Shown: piece by piece, positions 11,996 through 26,300 of the stretch
Position numbering within the stretch: the first letter of the stretch is position 1
How the letters are laid out: each line of letters starts with the position of its first letter
Assembly (NCBI GenBank): GCA_045837725.1
Contig: JBEWZL010000066.1
Location: forward strand, 310,001 to 374,000
Source: Vermamoeba vermiformis
Lineage: Eukaryota
Direction: 5' to 3'
DNA: 64,000 nucleotides
The notes under the pieces: generated by a model
Told to the model about the DNA's origin: nothing
Databases searched by the model: none
What the model saw: the letters and a program-made list of their open reading frames with translations, nothing else
Program-made: the position numbers and the translations under genes

Positions 11996-14413
11996 TTACA
12001 TGACAGTACACTTGTCTTTTTCGCCTTTTTTGGCAATATCTGTGTCAGAAAATAGACTTGTTTTCATCGCCTCTTGTTCAACAATCCGTCGTATCATCTT
12101 TTCAGCGAGCCATTTGAACGCAGGCATTACTTCTTGCGTATTTATGGCCCTACACTACCGAGTTAAAAAAATTACATTTAACGAGTAAAAAGTAATCGTA
12201 CCTGACTTCAAATACAACTGCATCAGGATATTTTGCTGCAAATTCGTTTAATTGTGATGTTTGTATGACACGGTCATCCTCGTTCTTAGAATTGTATCTG
12301 TGGAACATGTTAGCGGAGTTAAATTAGCCTTAAAATTATCCACATACCCAAGGATCACGATATGACTTAGTTGGCTGTACCTCGCGATGTTCTCATCAAG
12401 GCTCTGCAGCGCATTCGGATCTGACACATCGCACGCACACAGAGCCGCGAAGGACTCGATTGAGAATTTGTTAGTGCTATGACATGAGGTAGAGCAGATA
12501 GACGTACCGGCAAAATATGCGCATGAACAACTACAAGCCCGAAACAAGTTTGTACTAAACCAGTCCAAGCTTCGAGGGTCGGATCTGTCCAAAGATTAGG
12601 CCTAAAATGAGACATATAGAAGATACTAACCGATTTCGTCAGCTAGATCCTGTTGTGCCAATGCTTCACCGATTCTGTAGCACGCATTGTCGTGTCCACC
12701 TCCCGACTGCAACAACTTCTATTTGTAAAATTAGCGCGTTGAGCAATAAAGATTAGAACAGCACGTACAATACCAATGCCCGGCCTTTGATAACTATAGC
12801 TCATTGCACACACTTTAGCAATCGCAATATCCTCCTTGAAAAGTTCACTGCACAAAAAATGAATAAAGTTTGGTCAAGTTAATAGTATTTAAGACTTGCC
12901 TTATTATTTGACAATAATACTTTGATGTGCGAGCTATTTTGATCAATTGATACACTGGTAAGTGCTTGCAAATTTCACGAACAAAAATCTCGTCAGGCAA
13001 CTGAACGGTGACCGGTATCTGGTCCTCTGAAGAAACAAACATTACTAAATATGGTAATATGAACATCATCTCCATACCTGAGTACCAATACAGCTCGTTT
13101 GATAGCTCGCCGTTGCTTTTGACACCACCTGCCACGTGATAAATGAGGCTCTTGCCGACAATAATTTTTGACATATTATTTACCAAACACAAAGATGCCA
13201 TTAAGGGTCTGAACTGATCGGTGATAAGATAGTTGCGGAAGTTCTCCTAATTCAGTTTCACTCAGTGGAATAAATTTGTTGTCATTTTCTACAGGCCAAA
13301 GTCAGTAACCATTGTGGGGCCTATACTTTTAGCAAAGTTTCTGACCTTTGTCAAAGAATTGAGTCTTTGCAGGTTTCTTATCTTCGTAAAGGCCGCCAAT
13401 TAGTATATGGATACCATCGATGTATTCTGCTGTCACTCCATTGACACGTGTCACAGGTACTGTAGTGAAATAGGAATGATCGGGCGAGAATTGTGATCTA
13501 TCGTCTATTTGAGCGATTAGATACGTGCCCTCGTATTAATATAGTCATACATCGACTGTATAATACTGTCATATGATCACTGCCTCCATAGACAAGTGTG
13601 CACTGGTCGTTCGTGACAGCGCCGAAATAACTTCGCGGTGACTTTTGGTAGCTTTGAAATTGCAGCTGAAGCTTTGGCAAGACATCGCCTTAATGATTGC
13701 ATCAGCGTATTGTGATATTATTGCGCATAGTATGGCCTACCAAGGTCCCAATCGTACACTATTCCGTGATCCAAATCGTTTGCGCCAATTAAACGCAATA
13801 TATTTTGACCAGGTATAATGTTGAGTGCATGTCCATAACGAGGTAAATGACAGTTTTGTATGAAATTCCACGTACTTGTAGCTGTATTTGCGCTGCATTA
13901 GTGACACTCGGGTATCAAAAAATCTTTCTTACAAAAATTATAGAACCATAAATCGTCCAATACGTTGTCTTTGTTATTTTTACCACCGTGTAGTATTAAA
14001 TAATGCTACCAAATGTGTTAGTGTTATAAATAACGACAGGATCTCTTGGATCTTACCCTATAAACTGCCGTTGCGTGAGAATGTCGTGCTCCAGGGCCAT
14101 GTTTATTTTTTAAATTTTTCCATTGCCGGGTTGCTATTACGTAGTTTAATTATTTTGACGGAGGCAGTAAAATTAATTATGATTTTTAAAAAATGCTGGC
14201 TCACCTATGTCAAATTGATAAAAATCGTCCAATACTGCTCCATTAATGTCCTAATCCACCATAAATATATAAAGAATAATCGTAAACGTTCATCGAGAAC
14301 TTCTCGCGAGGAGAAGGCAGTTCTTTAACTACCGTATTTAATGGAGTTATTTTACGCCATGACCCGTTGCATACTCGTACATGATGACCTCTTTCATCGT
14401 TATTATTTTCCAT
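11996..14413 (-). CDS. Kelch-repeat + F-box + degenerate Ras-like domain with C-terminal CaaX (CTVM)
   Basis: Kelch blades PSPREKFSMNVYDYSLYIYGG, SPRSYFGAVT...LVYGG and YHVAGG. F-box QLPDEIFVREICKHLP. Ras-like segments VVAVGG, DPTLE and FEVRAINTQEVMPAF. Ends KDKCTVM*. Several apparent 1-nt frameshifts. Confidence 0.7.
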
Positions 14414-14839
14414 GCCTGATTGAACTGTGGCTGTTTTAAGCCACGTAAATGAAAATGAATTACAACTAACCGCTGTCCGTTTTCAATTTCATTTATTCTT
14501 AGGTCTCTGATGATTAATTGGCCGGTTTTAAAATAATTCTGACCAATCGCGTAATAACGGATCCAAAAATGGAAAGGACAAAACAAATACAGGTCTTTAC
14601 AGAGGACGTGAATATTTTTTTATGGTCGTATAAAGGTTGACGAGATTTCGCGATGCTTTTAGTCTGCTGGTAAATGGCGCAAAATCGAATTTTCGACGTC
14701 CATGACCCTCTACTACATTCGCATATCAACGCCAATCATTTCAAAGGGACTCTCCCTATTTTATTCTATTTACATTGGTTGTTATATTGTTATATAACAC
14801 AGTAATTTTTGAAGGTGACGTCTTCGTAATCTTTCGTTC

Positions 14840-16091
14840 TTAATGAGCTTCTTCAGCACTCGATTCAAGTTGCACGTCAACAAATGATTTGGGCTCACGT
14901 GTTCTCTCACTGGCACTCGACGGGGCACTGTCCAAGTCATCTTCTTCGACTTGTTTGGCTGAACGAGGCAACTCTGCACTGCTCATCTCTTCGTCTTGCT
15001 TCTTTTTGCCGTCCATCTCAATCAAATTGTTGCGACGAATCATCACGATCAGACTGATGAACCAGCCAAGAGCGCTCAAAAAGCCTAGTGTCACACGCAC
15101 ATGTCAACATTAACGTCGTACTGTAATCTTTAGCAACGTACCCATAATGGCCCAAATACCATCAGCAGGTCCAGATAGACCAGTAGCGCCGTATAAAGTA
15201 TCTTGGTCAATAACCTAATGGAATCAGAATGAGATCAAGTGCTGGATCCGCGCGGGCATAAGTACTTACGAAGAATAAAATACTAGCGATACCAAAGAGG
15301 ATCATAATCACGATTGAGCACAACTATATGATAGTTTAGTAAGTGCGCTTAGCCCAGTTATGATTTGAGTTTAATCAAGTGTTCAGTCTTAAAATGTAAA
15401 TGTGACAGGAGGATCCGTGCACAAATCTTTTTAAAGCAATCTTTCTTGAAGTTTATAAAATAAATGGCAATTTATAAATGGGTGCTGGTTATAAACGCAT
15501 TAAATGAGCTAGTAAAATGACTTACAAATTGGATGACATAGTTTCTACGGGTCAACTGATATTGTCGCTCGCCCTTATTCGCCAATAATCTATGTTTGTA
15601 TTAATTAGTATAATTCATACAAAATTCAATGGAAAATAACGTTAATTGCGGTAATACATGTGCAAATCACGCAAGATCCTGCAATGTTACAAAACTGCAA
15701 CGCGACATACCGGTATTTGGCTTGGGTATGGAAGGTCAATACATTAATAAATAATAATAGCGCTATAATGCCTGACAGCGCGGCCAAGACTGCAGGAGCT
15801 ACTCGCTATTGAAACATTTCAAATTAGTTAACGTTTTTTTCAAAATCAGAGGAATAATATTGTCGTAGATTAGCACTATTAATTAATGGCAAAGAATGTG
15901 TAAAAATTGATTTTTTCTTGAAGGGATCAGATCCGCTAATTATTCTCCGTCCGCTCCATAATGTGTAAAGCTACGAAACGACATCTTACCTCGCGAACAG
16001 CGTAAGCAATTACGGCGGCGATGCAAACTACGACCCATATCGCTGGGAAAATGACTTTCATCGCATCCTTGAATCTCTGCTTATGTGACAT
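14840..16091 (-). CDS. Small multi-pass membrane protein of unknown function
   Basis: MSHKQRFKDAMKVIFPAIWVVVCIAAVIAYAVRE is followed by several short hydrophobic exons. The last exon reads GFLSALGWFISLIVMIRR plus an acidic tail. Confidence 0.6.
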
Positions 16092-16490
16092 GGTGGAGTA
16101 GTGCTAAGTGATAAAGAGGTATATAGGCTATAAAATAGTGACTTGTGGTCTCGTAGTGTTGGAGTGAAATGAAAAAGTGCAAAATCTCAGCGCGATGAAT
16201 TTAATCATGAACGAATCACGTGATTCTTAAGGGTCCCTTAGGTCGGAATTACGTACCATGAGTGAAACAGACCCATCTCAGCAATATATAGGCCAATAAT
16301 GATATTGGAGTGCCACCTAGACCGCGCGACTAAGACAGACGAGTAACTCGCTGAGATCCGGTTGAAATTGCTACAAGTTTCTAAAGGACCCTTTATATGG
16401 ATATTAAGTCTGTTTATTAGCCGATTTTAAACAAAATTATTTCGATTGGCCGCTTGGTTATTTACACGACCGAGTATTTTTAAAGCGGAT

Positions 16491-18587
16491 TTAAGTTTTT
16501 ACGTTTTCAGATGCTGCTTTTAAGCCTTCTCGCCTTCTCCACCCTTCTCACCGCCAGCATCATCACCTTCAAGCTCACCAGCTTGTTGGGCAGATTTAAT
16601 GGCCTTCAAAGCTTCAGCGAACTTCATCTCCCAATCAGTAGTGCGGTTCTTCCAGAACGGATCCTTGAACTTCCATCGCAATACTGAAGGCAATGCCTTG
16701 CTACCCTCAATGAAGGTAGGGAAGGGAGGTGGTCGGCTATGAAAGAAGAATACATTAGAGTCTAGCTAAGACACAAAGAGCATCGAGATCTGCTTACTTG
16801 TGAGGGCGATCCGGAGTATCGTAAATTTCAACCCATCCTTTCTGTTAATAGCAAAAAGGTAAGTGACGTGATAAAAGACAAAATATTAAAGTAAGGATGA
16901 TAAGATCCGATATAGGAAAATGACTGACACGACGATCATGGTAAATCCAATCGTGCTAATTTTTTTTCCACCAACTGGCGAACGTGTTCGGTATGAACTT
17001 TGTATGAAACTAAGTTTAGCTCGGAACGGTAAGTCAACGAAGGACTTATCGGCCGCATATTAGGCAGCAATAAATTATGGGTGTGAGTTCACCAGCGACG
17101 TACCTTGGGTCCCGGCACAGCACCCTTGACCATAATCAATTGATCGTCCACGTTGATTCGCATGACTCGCAGTCTCTTTACTGTGACGCGTGAATTGCCC
17201 ATTTGACCAGGCATCTTCTTGCCCTTGAACACTTTACCAGGGTCTTGGCGTTGACCAGTTGAACCTGCTTTTCGGTGGAATTTTGAAGCACCGTGCGTGG
17301 CTGGACCTCCCTTGAAGCCCCATCGCTTCATGACTCCTTGGAAGCCCTTGCCCTTACTGCGAACAGTCCGGTCAGTACACGTGTCACACGAGGTTCGACG
17401 AGCAATTTCAGCGCTGATAATGCTCTTATATGATAGACTAATGGACTTACGAGATGGCAGAGACATTGACGAATTGACCAGTGAGGAAGTGTTGCGCCAA
17501 GAGCTTGGTGCCAGGAGGAAGAATGGCGTCCTCAGTGACACGGAACTCGACTAACTTGTCCTTGGGAGGAACACCAGCATTGGCAAAGTGTCCTTTCATT
17601 TGATATGAGATCTGCATTATAAAATTCGTTAGTGTTTGCTTCATCAAGTGTATTAAAAATGGCCGTAAAAGGCAGAGAGTGCCGGATCTGTCTTCTTCTT
17701 TGTAGTCTAGAGTTGCTTGCATTTTTAACTTACTTTATTTAATTTAGCCAAGCCAGCACCAACTTGAAGGGCACTGTAACCGTCTTTGGCTTTGGTTTTG
17801 ACTTGAACGACCTAATACAACAGATGCGCGTCAGTTATTGCTCTTGCATTAAAAATTGTTAATAGTATCTTTCTATTAATATGTATGATAAACACGCAAA
17901 TAATTCATGCGCTCCATAAAATAGTTGGTGCATCGAGCTCCACGTGAACTTACGTGATTATCTTGCACTTGGAGCACTGTAACAGGCTGTCCTCGTCCCC
18001 AAAAATCTACTTCTGTTTTCATTCCAACTTTTCGTACAATTAAACCAGTTCTCTTGCTGATCCCTCGTTTCCTGAATGCGATCGGGTTAGAGCTAGTCGC
18101 AGCGTAGATATGCCAAATAGGCAAAATAAAAAATTTGAAAGCAATACTACACGAATATGCGCGTATTGCGCGAATAAGGAAGACGAACTAATATCAGATT
18201 CAAATTAAAAAATTATGTATTAATTTTACTATGATAGCTCGACGATGTATTGGAATTAAAAATCACTAATATTATTTATACGATATATAGTACACACTAG
18301 AGCACTTACCATCCTGTTTTAGTGTCCTCTGGAATAACTTTACCGGTGGCGATTTTTTTATTTGTTAATAAAGCCACCAATTTGCCGTCTCGCTCTAATT
18401 GCTGAACTTCGGCGTCTGTATAGCCCTTGACATCATATAAATATTTATCCAAATCGAATGACTGTTGATGAAAAATTCGGCCGCCATCGATCAGAGCCCC
18501 CTTGGGTCCGAATCGGCTACCTTCCTTCAGACGCACGATGAAGTTTCGTACGCCCGTTATTCCAGACCTCCTAACATAAATAGACAT
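16491..18587 (-). CDS. MRPL3: Mitochondrial ribosomal protein uL3m
   Basis: uL3 motifs [42 protein letters not shown] and PPPFPTF. Arg-rich presequence-like N-terminus. Confidence 0.92.
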
Positions 18588-19475
18588 GGTGTATTAATCT
18601 GTCAGAGCTGTGGTGTCCAGCGGCAAGTAAGAGAGCAACAAAAAAAATAAGGCAGATGTTCAAGTTACAGCCCCTGTCACCCACAATAGCGACCTCGACC
18701 ACACTATCATTGCCTACGCAATATGCAGTGTCAAGAGGCATGATACCATATGTGGCAGTCACTGAGGTGCTTGCTGCTGAGTGCGCGGGATCGTGTCATC
18801 AAATCCTCAAGTACCTGGCTCCCTAAAATCGCCAAAATAATTTATTTACATATATTCATATATAGTACAAGCATATTTAGATTTTTTACAGCATTGATAA
18901 TTTTTGTAACGGAATATTAACGGTCAATTCCTTCCGGTAGCGGTGAAAACGGATGCAAGGACGGCTGCCACGATACCGGCAATTGCAAGGCACGAAAATA
19001 CGAAATTTAATATTCCAGTCATCCTGCAGTGGAAGAGAACATTAGTACGAGTAAGTACACGTGAAACAGAAGATGTACCGAATCTGCGGGTGTTTTGAAC
19101 GGATGTAAACAGCTCCTAGGCACCACAAAAATGGCATTATGAAACCCACACCGAATCTTCGTTAATTAATTGTTAATTTGATTTTTCAATGCATTTCTAG
19201 TCCTTACAGGATCCAACCGGCCTGGATGTGCTTCCTCAGCAAGTATTCCTTCCTATCTTCTTCGACATAGCTTTTAGATACCATTTGTCACAATTTGCAC
19301 TTATCAATGCTGCTTGTGTGTTCGTAGTAATTTGGCTAGCAATTCAACCGCTGAAATTTTATTTGATTTTATTTTCAAAGCTGAGCGGAAGGACGCAACC
19401 GCATTGATTCGTGTCGCGCTGTTGGTGATCGTATATCAGAACGTTCTTAGACCTGTGGAGATCATACGCGCCGAG

Positions 19476-20554
19476 ATGGAGTCAAATTCAAGTTTACTAG
19501 GGTTGTTACCCGCTGAAATTCAAGCTTTAATTTTTGGTTGCGTGACATTAGCTGATATTACGTCGTAAGTACTTAAGGAGTTGATTTAATGCAGTTCTGA
19601 ATTTTTTCACATTTTAATTCAGAATTTCTTTGACGTGCCACTACTACCGCCTCAACGTCTGGGCATTCATCTTGACATTAGACCCCATTGCATTGCAAAA
19701 TATGGTCGCGCAAGCGGCTGACATAGCAAGCTCGGCATACATCGACGATCTGTTCAGCGAACCAGATCCTCGCTTGGTCGAGCTCAGCAAGGTTCAACAA
19801 CTACCAATATTCCACAAAATATTCGAGCGGGTTAGTTTATCGCGCAGAAAGCTCGACAAGTTTGTTTTGTACGCGGCAGAAGGTTTTGACGACATCAAAG
19901 AAGAGTTCTTCAGTGCCATCGAAAAGTACCCGTCATTCATTGAGAACGTAACCTCGCTGACAGCAATTGATGTGAGAAGAGAGGACTTGGAGAGGTAAGA
20001 ACGTTATATTGGTATCATGGCATTTGTCGTACTAACAACATATCACTAGGTTCACAAAGTTGACGCCTCACCTGCGACATCTTGACTGGCAGCCGGTCGA
20101 TCAGTGGTTACCTAATCGCTTGTGGGACCTCAAACTGCCTTCGCTCACCTCTATAATATTTCGGCGGCTCAATGTCGTATACTGGAGCATGTTAAATGAC
20201 GTGTTGTCAGCACTCCCGTCACTTCTTTCCTTGGAGTTCATTGGTGGCAGTATTATTGCTACCCGAACGGCGTACATCCCGAGAAACTTCAAATTACAGC
20301 GTCTTGGCTATCTGAATTGTTGTTTTGTTCCGTGGAGTGAAGCACCTACCTTGTCTCAGCTTAAACAGCTCCTTACCTCTTGGGTGCCTGCTCTGAAGGC
20401 ATTAGATCTCCGCGGAAGTGTAGCGCTGCGAAGTCAAAGCAACTTGTTGGATATACAACGAGAACATCCTAATTTAGAAATTACCCTTGGTTTGTATGAC
20501 AAGGTGGACCAGTCAACAGAGATGCTTGCATTGTTCACGTGCGAGAAAGAATAA
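19476..20554 (+). CDS. F-box-like / leucine-rich repeat protein; may extend further 5'
   Basis: F-box-like LLGLLPAEIQALIFG, then LRR-like segments LPSLTSIIF, LPSLLSLEF and VPALKALDLRG. A second F-box-like stretch (LDVLPQQVFLPIF) near 19220 suggests upstream exons. Confidence 0.55.
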
Positions 20555-20656
20555 ATAACTGTGGTCGACTTGATTTGCTCAAAGATTAGAACTATTTATA
20601 TACGGCATATTACCGCGAGTATATGCAACAAATATTCATCGAGTGATGACCAGTTT

Positions 20657-21410
20657 TTACAGCTTGAGTTTGGCTTCCATCATTTGATGCACGCCCTTGG
20701 GGATATCTTCCTTCTCGAAAGGATCTAATAAATAATTAATATTTGGTCGTGAGCGATATCATTTGACGTAAATACATACCGCCTAAGTAGTCCTCAAATC
20801 CAAATTCAAGATCTTTCTTAGTGATTGTGTCCAAACCAGCAAATGAGCTCTTCAATACGGGCAAACGTTGGAATGATGATAAAATTTGCTTTTCCATCTC
20901 AAGGCGCATAACCTAAAGGAAGAAGCGAGATCAGAAATTGAATTGCTGATGCAACGTTGCAATTTTAATAACAATTGTACTTACCATATGTGAACCATAA
21001 ACATTCTTCAATGCAGTGTATTTCAATTGCTCTTGAGTCTTGGCGTGCTGAACAATAAAATTAGCGGATGAAAAATTTTCATAATTGTAATTAAAAAAGC
21101 AATAGTACTCTAAATATTACTAATATTATTATAATATTATTGCCACTACATTTGTATTATTTTCTTGTTGAAATCGTGTTTTGTAAGCGAAATTATAATT
21201 TTGTTTTGCCTCATAATAATTATTCACTCGTCTTCCAATCACGTACATTCTTTTGAATATATTCTACAGGGTGCACGGTGGCCATATGTGCATTTTTAGA
21301 GCGAAGAAACTCGTCGTCTCCGAGTTTGACGGTAGCAAGAGTATCCTGCAAAAAATTTGTCAGATATGCTTCTATGTGGAATCAACCGTGCGATTTAATA
21401 GACATACCAT
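20657..21410 (-). CDS. POMP: Proteasome maturation factor POMP/Ump1
   Basis: Spliced translation gives HPVEYIQKN, LKNVYGSHM, RLEMEKQILSSFQRLP, FGFEDYLG and HQMMEAKLKL*. The ATG is a one-codon first exon at 21408-21410. Confidence 0.85.
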
Positions 21411-21556
21411 TGTTATTTATGTTACACTGTTCAAAAAAATTAATTATTCAATTTGGCTTGGCTGACAAATTTTTTATGCATTGTGACTAGTCATTTTTAC
21501 CACCACGTGCTACCCAAGCAACAGTATTCTATTGTTAGCCACCGACTATTTTAACA

Positions 21557-22682
21557 ATGTTAAAAGCACCTGTCGTCTGGTTCTTGAAGAGCAAGTCTGA
21601 GGAAGATAAATACAGCAAGGTACGGGTCACATCTCAAGCTCATAACAATCAAATTGTTACCAAAATATTCGACTATTTTATTTCTAATGATTTTTATTGT
21701 TTAAACATCATTGAAGCCCTTTTTAATTGCCCTCATATGTCAAGCACTTAATTTTTTATTATAGCTGTTTGAAGCTCACGGTTACTCTGTACACTTCTTG
21801 CCCATGCTTGAATTCGCATTTAAAAATGAGAGTAAATTAGAAGAAATAATATTGAATAATTACGACGTATTACGCCGGGATCATACTCACCAGTCCTCGA
21901 GCCGCTGAGGCATTAGACCGTTGTATACAACACATTAGAAAGCTTATCGATGCAGAGGCTAATGTAGAGCTAAATGAGAGACTCAAGAATGCTGTTGAAT
22001 ACTGGCAGTCACATCCACTTTTTGCTGTGGTACGTAGAATTTATTAGAAGGAGCCTTCATTGACCTTACGGTTATAGGGTGCTAGAACGGGATCTAGCTG
22101 TGCCGAAATAGAGTTTAAAAACAAAATTGTTGGCGAATCAGATGCAATTGAGCTATGTTCAAGAATCGCGCAACATGGTGACTTTGCACGACCTCTGCTC
22201 TTTTTGTGCGGCAATTTAAGACGCGACGAGTTACCTAATACACTGAAGGCGCGTAACATTGCATATGAAGAGCTCATAGTATACGAGACGCTTCAATGCA
22301 AAGATGCACTGGCCGTCAATACCTCGAGGTAAACCTTGACACTTACATTCATACCGCTTTCATTGGCTTATCGTGTTCATTCGTTCAGGTGGCAAGAAAA
22401 TGTGCCTAATTGGGTCGTGTTCTTCAGTCCTAGTGGTGTTGAATCAATGCTATCGCAGTATTTTCCAGCGAACCACGACTTTTGGAAGGTAGATCTGCCG
22501 CGCTTGTCTTTTCTTCCCATTCTAATGCCTTGATATAGAGCGTTAAAATAGCGTCTATAGGACAAACCACCAATCAAGCTATCATGCGCGACTCAGCCTT
22601 TGGTCGAAGTGCGGATGCAGTAGCTCAAAAACCAGCTCCGGATGCGTTGTTAGAAGCAATTTCTCAAGCGCACAACATCTGA
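21557..22682 (+). CDS. UROS: Uroporphyrinogen-III synthase
   Basis: Motifs GIILTSPRAAEA, PLLFLCGNLRRDELPNTL, VYET, WVVFFSPSGV, SIGQTT and AQKPAPDALL. Confidence 0.9.
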
Positions 22683-22757
22683 ATATGAACGTCACTAGGT
22701 GTTTGAATCAAATGACGTGTCAAACAATATGGGTCTTGGATTCGGTCGTTTGGTCCC

Positions 22758-23261
22758 ATGGACAGTCTCGAGTTCATCAACAATATCATCACTTACAAAG
22801 CTGTACGTAGCACCTAATATGCTTCTAATCGAAACTAGGACTCATCCTTTGAATGACACAGGATGATGCGTTTGACGGAGATAAAGGCATACAGTTTGTA
22901 TGGGAAGGCAACACTGTCGCGAGCAATGGTCACAACAATCAGTTCACTCCTTCTGGCATTACCAACCAGCGACCTGTTTCCGACTTTTATTACACCATTG
23001 TACGTAGTATTGACAGTATATATGTGTTCAAGACTAACATCATCGATTAGAACGATTTGACTGTCTCGTATACCAGCCGCGTGTTAGATCTAGAAGTGAT
23101 TCAAGTGGGCAGTGACTCGAACGCACCTTCCTCGTCCAATACACCATCAACATCGATTGCAATTAGTACGCCTGATAATGTACCGTAATCGACTCAGCGG
23201 ATCCACCCGCGCGATCTGGTCTGCTCTAATTATTGCCGTCTTAATTGCAACCCTCTTGTAA
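22758..23261 (+). pseudogene. Possible fragment of a small GPI-anchored or secreted protein gene
   Basis: Short exon-like segments with GT-AG/CTAAY signals, a Ser/Thr-rich stretch and a hydrophobic terminus AIWSALIIAVLIATLL*. No signal peptide or clean continuous frame was found. Confidence 0.3.
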
Positions 23262-23303
23262 AAACTAATAAAAACATTCAAAATTAATTTAATGACGTTG
23301 TAT

Positions 23304-26300
23304 TTACATGAGTGCGGACAGTCGCTGAACCACAGTATTCATCAGTGGTCTTTGCGCGGGGTCTTGGTGCCAACAGTCTTCGATCAACTCGATGATATCA
23401 GCATTAATCCCAGCTCTGTGTTCGAGAGCCAATCGCTTTCCAGATTTAATATGAATCTCGATGTCTGATTGCCACTCAAAATCTATAAAAGGCTGTTGTT
23501 CGTAAATCACTTCCCACATTAAAATCGCAAAACTGTAAACATCTGCGCTCATGTCAATGCGCGGATTCTTTCCGAGTGCCTCTGGTGCCATGTACGAAAT
23601 TGTGCCTACGTTCTTAGTCACCGTCATGATATCCTCAGCAATGAATCTAGAGGTTCCAAAGTCTGTCAGTTTGATATGCACTGGTGTCTTAGGCTGGAGA
23701 GAAAACACCAAAATGTTTTGTGGCTTGATGTCGCGATGGACAATTCGGTTCAAGTGCAAGAATTGAAGTGCTTTTGCAATCTCGACTAATATTGTGATTT
23801 TCATCGAATACGACAGCTTCATTTTCTGCATCACGCTGGATAGACTTCCCATTGGTGCATATTCGATCACAATGGCAAAGTTATCTGTGACATTTGAGGC
23901 ACCAATAAATTGGACGATGTTCGGGTGTCGCAAATCTTTCATCAACGTGACTTCTCGTTCGAATTCAATCTTCATTTCGTCATTCAAATGTTGACTGAGT
24001 AGTCGCTTGACAGCCACTTCTTGTCCTCGATAAATTCCGCGACTAACAGAGCCAAATCTACCCAAGATAATTAATTAGGTCGATGTAAAGGAAACTCGGA
24101 TATTAAGTTAAAAAATTACCCTCCGCCGCCGAGATGTTCGCCAGTCATTTCGATTTCTGCCAAGTCGATCCAAGTAGACATGGTACTGGCCAATTTGAAT
24201 TCAAGTGCGGAATAAATCTTTTGGCGGTCGAAAACGATGATCAAACAGATCTTGCATTTGGCTGTCATTCTCATTTTCACTGAAAGTGTCAAATTCAACT
24301 GTTTGTCTTCTTCCAATAAAAATGACGCTGGTTCAACTTTGATTTCGTATTTGGGAGATTGTGGAGAATAAATATCAATTCTAACTCCGTCTTCATGTAG
24401 CAGCGAATATTTCTTCTTCTTTGCTCGGAATATTGATGATGACGGTGGCGCGTAAAACGAAATTTCATGTTGAGTCCACGTGTCAACTTTGACAGGTTCT
24501 TTTGCCACACTAGGCATCGACACGTTGATTTTTCCTGGCAACGAATCTAACGGACAATACGTGTACTCGTCAGTGGGCATCCATTCCCAAGTAGTCGACG
24601 GAATAACTGACACGACGTCACGTGCCAAAGATTCAGTCTTGGCTTGGGTGAGCAACGATTGAAGTTCAATCTCCTTCTCTTGTTTGGCCAATAACTTTCT
24701 TCGAAATATCACGACGGCGACAATTGCAACAACGACGACTAATACCGGCGCAACGATCGCTATTACCAAAATTGGAACTGTCAAACTTGACACCGACTCG
24801 AAAATGAACGGCATCGATTCTGCAGTAGCACTTCCGCATCGAGCTCTGACGGTGTATCGTCGTCCTTGAGTTTCTCTTGTCACGGTGATAGCAATAGTGC
24901 TGCTTTCGGCGTCGATAAAGTCTTGACTAATTTGGATCCCGTCCAAAAACCAAGCGTGATTGGTGCAATCTTCTTCCAAAATAGCGACTTGGAGCGTTAC
25001 TGTCATTTCAGAAAACCACGTGTGCTGCACAGTCGTCGGGTGAGGGCCGTCAAATATCGTGTCATATTCGACCAGTTTGAGATCCGCGCAGGTTGTAGCA
25101 GATCCAGCTGGGTTTGTTGCAGTCATGCAAATTTGATGTAATACACCGCACGACAGTTGAGCTGGCATTATAGCAAGTACTGGACTGGTCGTCGATTGCA
25201 CTACTCCATTGATGGTCCAAGCGTAGCTGACATTTTGACCGAGAGTACTGAGCTGTATTGTCGTAGTCTTGTGACATAGACTGACAGTGTCAATTAAGTT
25301 TGCGCTGAATTCTGGGGGCCCGTTGACTGTTAGTGTCGCATCTTGTCGGATCCGTTGATTGCACTGATCGAATATTTCTACGGTGTACTTTCCATCGGCA
25401 CTTTCGGATACATTTGTTAACATCAAAGTCGGGTCGGTTTGATCGGTAAGGGTTGTGAGTTCATGGCTCCAGCTGACTCTTGAATAGGGACCAGAAATAT
25501 CGACGGAAAATTCGTGTGACTGGCCACGAAAGATTGCACTGTTTGAAATTGCATTCAACGCGGTCGTGAATCTCTTGCTGGCGAAAAATCTGCTGCTGCC
25601 CGTTTCCCCGACAAGTACGAACGATGACGTCACGCGTGGTAGTTGGTTTGGCGCTTGATTGGCCGAGTAAAACCATTCGCCAGTCGTAGTTTCATAAACA
25701 GTGAATGAATTTCTACTTATGGCAATGATTTTGCTGCCACGGACACGTGTTTGTACGACAGTGTCAATTGGAAATGACAGCTGTGTAAATGTCCTGCGTG
25801 TCAGGTCAAGTCTGTCTACTCGCTGCGTTCGAAATAAATAGACAAAGTTGTCTAAATACGCCATTGCCAATTCTCCAGCCAGAAAATGTGTTGGCATGTC
25901 AAGCACGGTCCAAAATGCATCTTCAATGTCATAGATATCTATTCTAGTTGATAAGTCGCCATTTTCTGTTGTTCCTTCACCGAACAAAACATATTCCGGT
26001 GTAGTTAACAGTTTGACATTTGCGCGAGGCGTGCTTAAGCGTGCGGTGGTGAAGGATTTGTCTGTTTTGTTGAAAATGACAACTTGGGTACTGGGCTCTG
26101 CGTACGACGTTAAAAACATCAGCGTGTCAGTTGAAGTCCACGAGACCATAGAACGTTGTTCCGTATCTTGCCACAGTCTCTCGCCCGTGTCCATGTTCAC
26201 GGCGAGAATAGCATTTCTGTTGTTGAAGGCAAAAAACAACGTGTTCCAATTCGCAAAGTGGGGCTGAAGTCCAGCTGCCTCGGGAATTTCAACCTCTGTC

